Virus record (IMG/VR): IMGVR_UViG_3300033434_000365
Location: 1-29,554 of that record
Strand: one strand, 5' to 3'
Length of the DNA stretch: 29,554 nt
Origin: a virus
Taxonomy: Duplodnaviria; Caudoviricetes
Shown here: in pieces, positions 22,918 to 29,554 of the stretch
Layout: every line of letters starts with the position of its first letter
How positions within the stretch are numbered: the stretch's first letter is position 1
The notes under the pieces: generated by a model
What the model was told of the DNA's origin: nothing
The model's input: the letters and a program-made list of their open reading frames with translations, nothing else
Database searches by the model: none
Translations under genes and position numbers: made by a program

Positions 22918-24183
22918 TTACACCTCCAACACTTCAGTATTTTCGTTTACTTTCCGGACTTCACCATAAGGAATTCGAATCCCGTCACGCAACAAAAAGG
23001 TGCTGGATGAATCACCGACGGCTTCAACAAAGCGGTTCACGATGACATCCGCAAATTTCTCATCCAGTTCAATTCCGTAGCAAATCCGTCCCGTCTGCTC
23101 GCAAGCAATCAGCGTGGAGCCGCTTCCCAGAAAAGGATCGAGCACAATGCAATTGCTCATGCTGGAATTCTGAACCGGGTACGCCATTAAAGCCACCGGC
23201 TTCATTGTCGGATGCTCCTTTGAAGATCTCGGGCGGTCATATTCCCAGACGGTGGTTTGCTTGCGATCGGAATACCACTGGTGCCTGCCGCCCTTCTTCC
23301 AGCCGAACAGACATGGCTCATGCTGCCACTGGTACGGAGAGCGACCAAGAACCAGCGCGTTTTTCTTCCAGATGCAGCACCCGGAAAGATAAAACCCGGC
23401 ATCGGCAAAGGCTTTGCGGAAGTTAAACCCCTGGGTGTCTGCGTGGAAAACATAGATGGAAGCGTCGCTTTCCATGTTCTGCTCCATATTGACGAACGCC
23501 GCGAACAAGAACTTGTAAAAGTCGGCATCCGGCATATTGTCGTTTTTAATTTTCCCGGCGGTTTCCTCTACATTGACGTTATACGGCGGGTCGGTCACCA
23601 CCAGATTGGCCTTGCCGCCATTCATGAGGGCAGTATACGTTTCTGGTAAAACAGCGTCGCCGCAAATAAGCCGGTGCCTGCCAAGTAGCCAGATATCGCC
23701 TTTTTGTGAAATGGTCGGCTTCTTTAAGGCTGCATCCACATCGAAATCGTCTTCCTTGATTTCCTTGTTGTGGACTTTTGAGAAAAGCTGTTCTATTTCC
23801 GGCGCTTCAAAGCCCGTAAAATCCGTATTGAAATTGGCCGTTTGCAAATCCACGATCAGATCGGCAAGAAGCTGTTCATTCCATGCTCCCGTTATTTTAT
23901 TGAGGGCGATATTGAGAGCCTTGACCTTGTTCTCGTCCCTGATTTCAACGACTACGCATTGCACCTCGGTATATCCCAGGTCTTTCAGAACTGTCAGCCG
24001 TTGATGTCCGCCGATGACCGTCATGTCGTAGTTCACGATGATCGGTTCCACATAGCCAAATTCCAAAATAGAATTCTTGATCTTCTCGTATTCCTTGTCG
24101 CCGGCTTTCAGCTTTTTGCGCGGGTTGTATGCCGCCGGGTGAAGCTCCTCCACCGGCAATGACTTCCATTTCATTTCACTCAT
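22918..24183 (-). CDS. ParB-N domain fused to a beta-class N6-adenine/N4-cytosine DNA methyltransferase
   Basis: ParB-like YNPRK...SI-x-EFG-x-x-EP...IGGHQR; catalytic DPPY precedes HPTMKP and SAM-binding DPFLGSGS. Probable start MSEMKW at 24183 after GAGGAGG. Confidence 0.94.
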   Translation of the reverse strand: MSEMKWKSLPVEELHPAAYNPRKKLKAGDKEYEKIKNSILEFGYVEPIIVNYDMTVIGGHQRLTVLKDLGYTEVQCVVVEIRDENKVKALNIALNKITGAWNEQLLADLIVDLQTANFNTDFTGFEAPEIEQLFSKVHNKEIKEDDFDVDAALKKPTISQKGDIWLLGRHRLICGDAVLPETYTALMNGGKANLVVTDPPYNVNVEETAGKIKNDNMPDADFYKFLFAAFVNMEQNMESDASIYVFHADTQGFNFRKAFADAGFYLSGCCIWKKNALVLGRSPYQWQHEPCLFGWKKGGRHQWYSDRKQTTVWEYDRPRSSKEHPTMKPVALMAYPVQNSSMSNCIVLDPFLGSGSTLIACEQTGRICYGIELDEKFADVIVNRFVEAVGDSSSTFLLRDGIRIPYGEVRKVNENTEVLEV

Positions 24184-24658
24184 GCTTTTCCTCCTCATAC
24201 TGGGCGGGACTTGCATACGGCTCTCTGCCTTCCTCCTCCCGCCAAAATCTGTCATGCACATAACATTCATGTCTGCAATATCTTCTGTTTTTGTTGCCGT
24301 ATACGGTAAAATGCTGGCCGCAGTAAACGCAGGTCTTTTCATAAAAAGCCGCTTCCTTTTTACGCGACTCCTCCGGATGGGCGGCCCACCATTCCCGCCT
24401 GCATTTTTCCGAGCAGAATTTTCGCTTTCGGCCTATCGCCGACTGCAGGATGACTGTACCGCAGCATCCGCACGAGTCGCCTTGCTGCATCTGTTCTTTC
24501 AGGTTTACAACCACTTCTTCCGCATAACCGTCAAGCCCATGGCTTTTGCAGTAGTTGCGAACCACATCGCGGGAAAGTCCAAGAGTGGAAGCAATGGCTT
24601 TGTAGCCGACTCCTTGCATGCGAAAATTCCGTATCTGTTTTTCCTGGACACTCGTCAT
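24176..24658 (-). CDS. HTH plus double Zn-ribbon putative DNA-binding protein
   Basis: HTH GVGYKAIASTLGLSRDVVRNYC; metal-binding pairs CGCCG...FCSEKC and CVYCG...YCRHEC. Probable start MTSVQ at 24658. Confidence 0.8.
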   Translation of the reverse strand: MTSVQEKQIRNFRMQGVGYKAIASTLGLSRDVVRNYCKSHGLDGYAEEVVVNLKEQMQQGDSCGCCGTVILQSAIGRKRKFCSEKCRREWWAAHPEESRKKEAAFYEKTCVYCGQHFTVYGNKNRRYCRHECYVHDRFWREEEGREPYASPAQYEEEKHE

Positions 24659-24880
24659 TGCTTCACATCCTTTTCGCAAAATCTTTGCATGGAAAAAGGC
24701 CGCAAAACCTTGCATTTGGGCAAGTGTTTTACAGCCTTAACCGTAACCATTCCGCGAAACTGCCGATGCATCCGTTGCTAATTTTCACTGGCGTTTTCGC
24801 TATTTCTTTCAAAATTTGCAGGTGTTCCAACGCTCCTCGGGTATCCCCCCTGCCTAATTCCGCGATTTTTCACGCGAAGG

Positions 24881-24889
24881 GGGGCGGCG
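24881..24889 (-). other. Putative cos (cohesive-end) site CGCCGCCCC
   Basis: GC-rich tract just downstream of the HNH gene, the usual cos position in HNH/P27-terS phages. Matches the 9-nt 3' overhang I recall for Bacillus phages gamma/W-beta; flanked by G/C runs. Confidence 0.6.
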
Positions 24890-24963
24890 GTCTGGGGGGG
24901 TAAAGGCCATAGAAATTTGACCCGCCCCTACCCTCGGTCCGCAGGCGCTTTCTCGCTTGACTG

Positions 24964-25317
24964 TTAGTAGTTATATTCCTGATGCTGATCCCTCGTCCGG
25001 GTTTTCCGGTCGTGGCATTTCTTGCAAAGCGGTTGCCAGTTCTTCTCCTCCCAGAACAGTACCGCATCTCCCCGGTGTGGCTTGATATGATCCACAACCG
25101 TTGCCGACGTCAGTTTTCCTGCCCGCTGGCACTCTGCGCAAAGAGGATGCCCTGCCAAGAACTGCTTTCTCGCCTTTTGCCAACGACTGCCGTAGCCGCG
25201 CTCAACGGCACCAGCCCTGTCACTGGTGTGCAGTTTGGCATGCTGGTCGCAGTAACGATCGTTCGTCAATCGCGGGCAACCGGGATGCTTACATGGCCGC
25301 TTAGGTTTTGTAGGCAT
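24964..25317 (-). CDS. Terminase-associated HNH endonuclease (HK97 gp74-like)
   Basis: C-x-x-x-G-C...YC-x-x-H, RGY-x-x-x-W, HPLC-x-x-C, VDHIKPHRG, FW-x-x-x-NWQ-x-LC-x-x-CH-x-x-KT. Confidence 0.95.
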   Translation of the reverse strand: MPTKPKRPCKHPGCPRLTNDRYCDQHAKLHTSDRAGAVERGYGSRWQKARKQFLAGHPLCAECQRAGKLTSATVVDHIKPHRGDAVLFWEEKNWQPLCKKCHDRKTRTRDQHQEYNY

Positions 25318-25338
25318 GAACACTAGCCACCCTTACAT

Positions 25339-25379
25339 AAAGAAAAGCCCTCAAAGCCTGCTGCTCCAAGGACTTTCTC
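25339..25379 (-). terminator. Terminator-like hairpin in the leader of the HNH/late transcript
   Basis: Minus strand AAAGTCCTTGGAGC-AGCAG-GCTTTGAGGGCTTT followed by TCTTT. Confidence 0.5.
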
Positions 25380-25399
25380 ATCTTGATTATTCTTCCATG

Positions 25400-25449
25400 A
25401 TATAATCATACACCCTAAAAACACGCCAAAACGGACATTGGCGGACATT
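25400..25449 (-). promoter_or_regulatory. Putative late promoter with tandem activator-binding repeats (AATGTCCG twice, 10-bp period)
   Basis: Plus strand CGGACATT at 25432-25439 and 25442-25449, abutting the activator stop codon. A -10-like TATGAT lies downstream and there is no recognisable -35. Confidence 0.65.
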
Positions 25450-26088
25450 TTACAAATAATTTAGTTCCGCCGCTACGGAATACACGATGTACTGCTTCCA
25501 GCGCCGGACCGTCCGCTCATCCACACCCAGTTTGTCCGCTAGTCCGGAGGTCGTGTACCGGCTTTTCCAATACTCTTCCATGACCGCCTGTTTATCGTGA
25601 CACAGACGCTGGTAGATTGTTTCAATCGCTTTTTGGGTTTTCTCCAACTCAACAATTTTTCGATCCATACTGATCCTGACAGCTTTACTCGCTGTACTGT
25701 TGCCAATGGCATTGCTCCGGCCTTCCTGTTTTTCCGGCGCTTCCAAGATAATGTCGTTTTTGATTCGGTTCAATTCCTTCAGGTTGTTTTTATACTGGCG
25801 AATTTCCTGCTCGACGTACTTGAACGTGTTCTTACTGAGTCGATGCTTTTTAATACAAACCGTCACATACTCTTCATGATCAATATTAAGACCATCACAA
25901 AGCGTCGCGCACCAAGCGGAATGGATGAAATGCTTGGCGTCACAGTGTTCGGCATCAAATTGCTTCAGCTTACACGTATCTTTAAATGAACACCACTCCG
26001 GGCAGCCTTGGTCGCCTGCATAATCTTCGCAAGCTTTCTTTAAAATGCTGGCGATAAGCCTTCTGGCTCCAGTATCATCTATGCTCAT
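25450..26088 (-). CDS. RinA/ArpU-type late transcriptional activator with extra Cys-rich N-terminal domain
   Basis: C-terminal ~125 aa reads TFKYVEQEI-x-x-Y...I...T-x-x-KA...AIE-x-x-Y-x-x-L...YW...HTH LADKLGVDERTVRRWK; position directly before HNH and cos. Confidence 0.8.
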   Translation of the reverse strand: MSIDDTGARRLIASILKKACEDYAGDQGCPEWCSFKDTCKLKQFDAEHCDAKHFIHSAWCATLCDGLNIDHEEYVTVCIKKHRLSKNTFKYVEQEIRQYKNNLKELNRIKNDIILEAPEKQEGRSNAIGNSTASKAVRISMDRKIVELEKTQKAIETIYQRLCHDKQAVMEEYWKSRYTTSGLADKLGVDERTVRRWKQYIVYSVAAELNYL

Positions 26089-27439
26089 TTTTAACCCTCC
26101 CCAATTTCACATTTACTGCCCGAAGCAGCGCCGCCTGCCCCGTGTCTTTTTTTGCCAGTGCCACCACGACATTTTCATCGATCGTATCCTTAGCAACAAT
26201 ATGATGCACCACAACCGTTTCTTTTTGGCCCTGCCGCCAGAGCCGGGCATTGGTCTGCTGATAAAGCTCCAGACTCCACGTTAGGCTGAACCACACAAGG
26301 GTACATCCACCCGCTTGCAGATTTAAACCATGCCCCGCTGATGCCGGATGGATTAGCGCTACCGGGATCTTCCCCGCATTCCACCGACGAATTGAATCCT
26401 CACTATCTAGTTGCTCACCCGGAAACCGATCGAGTATCCGTTTCAGATCGTGTTTGAACCAGTAGGCGATTAGAACTGGCTTTCCGTTAGCCGCCTCGAT
26501 AATATCTTCCAGTGCATCCAGCTTGCGGTTATGGATCTGAGCGACAACGCCGCTCTCATCGTAGATCGCACCGTTAGCCATCTGCAGCAGCTTGCCCGAC
26601 AGCGCGGCAGCATTTACCGCATCAATATCCTTGCCATCAAGAGAAAGCACCATCTCGTCCTTCATGGTTTGGTAGTGCCGCCATTCATCTTCTGACAACC
26701 GCACTGATATTTCGTTCATCACCAGTTCTGGCATCTTCAAATAGTCGGTGTTCTTCATGCTGATCGTGATATCTGAAATCTGGCGGTAGATGGCTTCTTC
26801 CGCGCCGGGTTTTGGTTTATAGGAAAACACCATCTGTTGGTTTCGCTTGTCCGGTACAAAGTAAGCATCACGGTACTTACCAATAAACCGCCCCAGCCGC
26901 TGCCCCAAATCAAGCAGACGAAACTCGGCCCATAAGTCCATTAAGCCGTTCGCTGAAGGAGTGCCAGTAAGCCCGACAATGCGCTTCACCTTGGGCCGGA
27001 CTTTCATCAGGCTTTTAAACCTTTTGGCCTGATGCGATTTGAACGAGGACAGCTCATCGACCACAACCATGTCAAAGTCGAAGGGCAATCCACTGTCCTG
27101 AATGAGCCACGGCAAATTTTCCCGGTTGATAAGATAGACCTGGACTTTATCTCTGAGCGCCAATTTCCGCTCGCTCTCTGTCCCCACAGCAATTGAATAA
27201 GCAAGACCCTTCAGGTGATCCCATTTTTCAATTTCTGAAGGCCAAGTATCTCTGGCAACTCTCAGCGGCGCTATAATAAGCACTTTACGAATTTGGAAGC
27301 TATCCAAGGTCAGATCAAAAATAGCGGTCAAAGCGATGACTGTTTTTCCAAGACCGCAATCGAGAAAAAGCGCTGCCGTCGGATGGTCGAGAATATAATC
27401 AATCGAATATTGTTGATACGCATGCGATGTAAAATTCAT
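26075..27439 (-). CDS. SNF2-family (SF2) phage helicase
   Basis: YQ, Walker A-like GLGKT, VVDELS, LTGTP, HPASAGHGLNLQ and Q-x-x-ARLWRQGQ. Confidence 0.95.
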   Translation of the reverse strand: MNFTSHAYQQYSIDYILDHPTAALFLDCGLGKTVIALTAIFDLTLDSFQIRKVLIIAPLRVARDTWPSEIEKWDHLKGLAYSIAVGTESERKLALRDKVQVYLINRENLPWLIQDSGLPFDFDMVVVDELSSFKSHQAKRFKSLMKVRPKVKRIVGLTGTPSANGLMDLWAEFRLLDLGQRLGRFIGKYRDAYFVPDKRNQQMVFSYKPKPGAEEAIYRQISDITISMKNTDYLKMPELVMNEISVRLSEDEWRHYQTMKDEMVLSLDGKDIDAVNAAALSGKLLQMANGAIYDESGVVAQIHNRKLDALEDIIEAANGKPVLIAYWFKHDLKRILDRFPGEQLDSEDSIRRWNAGKIPVALIHPASAGHGLNLQAGGCTLVWFSLTWSLELYQQTNARLWRQGQKETVVVHHIVAKDTIDENVVVALAKKDTGQAALLRAVNVKLGRVKNEHR

Positions 27440-27732
27440 GTGGCATCACCTCCTCCCATCATCTTTATCATCAATGCAGGGATCTGCCCCTCATCGTCCA
27501 ACACAAACACCTTACATCCCAAACACTTGAGCATTTCATGTCTTTTTACCTGCAACCGCCGCGGCTTGAGTCCTGGCGCTTTCACTTCTACAAAAGAAAT
27601 CCACCCTTTTGGCAATATCACCAGTCGATCCGGCATTCCATCAAAACCAGGCGAAGTAAACTTTACCGCCAACCCACCAGCCCTCTTTACCGCCCGAACC
27701 AGCTTTTGTTCGATAACTTTTTCTCTCATCAC
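27436..27732 (-). CDS. VRR-NUC domain nuclease
   Basis: EK-x-IE...GG...KF-x-SPG-x-x-G-x-PDR...FVEVKAPG...Q. Confidence 0.93.
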   Translation of the reverse strand: MMREKVIEQKLVRAVKRAGGLAVKFTSPGFDGMPDRLVILPKGWISFVEVKAPGLKPRRLQVKRHEMLKCLGCKVFVLDDEGQIPALMIKMMGGGDAT

Positions 27733-27740
27733 TTTCTCCT

Positions 27741-27952
27741 TTTGTGCCGATCGTTGTGCCCAAGTGTTTTAAACTCTTTACGCGCGTATAGGCGTATTAC
27801 GTGCCCATCCGTTCCTTCTTTTCTTTAATACCCACATATTCATATAAGAAACAAAGGCACAATCGGAACAGGCACAGCGCATTCCTTTTAAACTGGCGGT
27901 TTCGGCTTCTGCCGATTCGCCATGCCGAAGTTGTGCTGAATCACTCCGGCAC
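27741..27952. repeat. Iteron-like GTGCC/GGCAC repeats around an AT-rich tract (candidate replication origin)
   Basis: GTGCC at 27744, 27756 and 27801; GGCAC at 27856, 27871 and 27948; TGCCGA at 27910 and 27923; AT-rich core at about 27816-27855. Confidence 0.55.
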
Positions 27953-29554
27953 GTCATAAACTCGGACAAAAATGCGTTGCGGGCCATACAGCGCCAGATT
28001 TTTCTTTCCCGTCTTGTTGCCGATAAATTTCGTCCAGCCGCCAATTCGATTCAGAATACCCTCAATTTCATAGGAATCGGATTTCTTAATGGCTTCACGG
28101 TTTTTGCCAAAACACTCGCACCAAATTTCCATAATGCAGACCTGCTCGCGCCGCACAGTACCGATGCGCACTTCACCACCAAACTCGCTACCACCAAGAA
28201 AGTTCCGTCTGGCATATAAATCCAGCTTGTCCCACTCCTCCGGCAGCAGCGCATCGAGGTACTCCGTCACCAGACCTTCGCGGTCGTCACTTTCAATCGC
28301 ATCGCGCTGCTGGGTGATTGCTTCTTCCGCCAGACTGCCTTTCAGGAACAGTTCTTCACCCAAGCGATACCTCTCGATAGCCTCCGCCCAAATTTGGTCC
28401 ACCTCCGCAAGGTCCCAGGCCCGATTTTTTCCCGCCCCGGTTACGCGAACAGGCCAAAAGCGCCGATTGCCGGTAATGTCACGCAAGAATCCGCCGTCGC
28501 TATTGGTAGTGCCAACGATGATGCAGGACCTGGGATGACTTTCCACCGTGACGCCATAGGACTGGCGATACTTGTCGTCCACTCGAGTGATAAAGGACTT
28601 CACAGTTTCCACGTCCAGTTTTTTGATGCCAGCCAGTTCGCCAAGTTCCAAGATCCAGTAACCCTGGAGCTTCTCCGGTGCCGTCTTATCTTTCATATCA
28701 GAAATTGCGAGTGAATCCGAGTACCATTTCCCACCGAGACGGGAGAAAAACGTGGACTTGCCGATCCCTTGCGCCCCGTTTAGCACTAGAATCGAATCGA
28801 ACTTTATTCCTGGTCGGTATATCCGAGCAACCGCCGCTACAAGGGTTTTGCGTGTCACCGCCCGGACATAAGGCGTGTCCTCTGCACCAAGATAGTCGAT
28901 AAGCAAGGTGTCGAGACGCTCCTTGCCGTCCCACTGGAGTGAACCAAGATATTCTTTGATCGGGTGATACAGACGTTCCGCTGACACCACGCCCAGCAAA
29001 GCGTCCTTGAACTTAGCTGGAGACCAGATGCCGTAATTGCGTTCAAAGTACAATTTTGCGCAGGCAATATCCGTATCGCTCCAGCCCGGTTTCACCTGCG
29101 GCCACGGCAACTCGCCGACCACATCAATCATGCTTTTGAACTGGTTGAATACAATGGGCTTAAGTGCCGGATCACAGCGCAGGATGATGGAAATATTGGT
29201 CAGCGTATCCTTGACCTCACCCGACTTCTCCAGTTCCAGTTGGTTTTGCCAGTTTTTCTCATCTGCAAAATCCATCTCTGCTTGCACCCGGCGTTCTTCG
29301 GAAAGCTGTGCCTTAACCCGCTCATCCTTGACGGCGAAATCGGCCATGGCCTTGAACGAAGCCTTCTCCTCAAGATCGCCAAATTTGTGAAGCCGCACCA
29401 AGTCAAATGCGTTTAAGAGCTTCCCGCAAATTGGGTCAGTGGCATGGTGACTGTAAGCGAATTTATCATCGTAGATAACCACGCCGGCGCTACTGTCAGC
29501 TGGCTTATAATCAAACCTGCCTGGCATAACGGATGGTTCATAGATATCTGCAAG
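27941..29554 (-). CDS. VapE-family primase/helicase-associated P-loop NTPase (5'-truncated by the window edge)
   Basis: Frame is open to the right edge (LADIYEPSVMPG...). Motifs HPIKEYL-x-x-L-x-WDG, PG-x-KFD, Walker A GAQGIGKST, Walker B ILELGEL, and GTTN...L-x-D-x-TGNRRFWPV. Confidence 0.93.
   Translation of the reverse strand, partial: LADIYEPSVMPGRFDYKPADSSAGVVIYDDKFAYSHHATDPICGKLLNAFDLVRLHKFGDLEEKASFKAMADFAVKDERVKAQLSEERRVQAEMDFADEKNWQNQLELEKSGEVKDTLTNISIILRCDPALKPIVFNQFKSMIDVVGELPWPQVKPGWSDTDIACAKLYFERNYGIWSPAKFKDALLGVVSAERLYHPIKEYLGSLQWDGKERLDTLLIDYLGAEDTPYVRAVTRKTLVAAVARIYRPGIKFDSILVLNGAQGIGKSTFFSRLGGKWYSDSLAISDMKDKTAPEKLQGYWILELGELAGIKKLDVETVKSFITRVDDKYRQSYGVTVESHPRSCIIVGTTNSDGGFLRDITGNRRFWPVRVTGAGKNRAWDLAEVDQIWAEAIERYRLGEELFLKGSLAEEAITQQRDAIESDDREGLVTEYLDALLPEEWDKLDLYARRNFLGGSEFGGEVRIGTVRREQVCIMEIWCECFGKNREAIKKSDSYEIEGILNRIGGWTKFIGNKTGKKNLALYGPQRIFVRVYDVPE

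Larger units (their letters stand above)
1..29554 (-). mobile_element. Temperate siphovirus prophage (HK97-type head, cos-type packaging, serine-recombinase module); both ends lie outside the window
   Basis: Co-oriented, tightly packed minus-strand genes in canonical order: replication, late regulator, HNH, terminase, portal, protease, capsid, neck, tail, lysis, recombinases. Strong GGAGG ribosome-binding sites of Firmicute type. Confidence 0.97.

Noticed and set aside
24184-24342. Longer 474-aa start for the methyltransferase
   Set aside because: Overlaps the upstream gene by about 165 nt; a strong RBS supports the ATG at 24183.
27778-28044. 88-aa minus-strand ORF across the putative origin
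   Set aside because: Overlaps the VapE 3' end, has no RBS and runs through the repeat tract.
27941-29554. Virulence factor, implied by the name virulence-associated protein E
   Set aside because: The motifs show a phage replication P-loop NTPase; the family name is historical.

Overview
The whole window is the packaging, structural, lysis and integration part of a temperate siphophage (prophage) of a Firmicute. All real genes lie on the minus strand. In transcription order (right to left): VapE-type primase/helicase (5'-truncated), iteron-like putative origin, VRR-NUC nuclease, SNF2 helicase, RinA-like late activator with its target repeats, HNH nuclease and a putative cos site. An accessory cassette follows (HTH/Zn-ribbon protein, ParB-fused DNA methyltransferase, Nmad1/DUF1599-like protein, small promoter-bearing genes, DUF4314). 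Then come terS/terL, an HK97-type head, a non-contractile tail with a -1 frameshifted chaperone, and an unusual tail tip, followed by holin, amidase, an orphan membrane protein and two overlapping serine recombinases. The most striking observation is the orphan lysis gene (1378-1998). It has an N-terminal membrane anchor, a coiled coil and four C-terminal amphipathic beta-strands ending in Phe. I propose it is a lipoprotein-independent, beta-barrel-anchored one-component spanin, which would suit a diderm Firmicute (Negativicutes-like) host; the host assignment is an inference. A 31-bp promoter-like motif is shared by the recombinase operon and two accessory genes. All family calls come from motif recognition by eye, with no database search.
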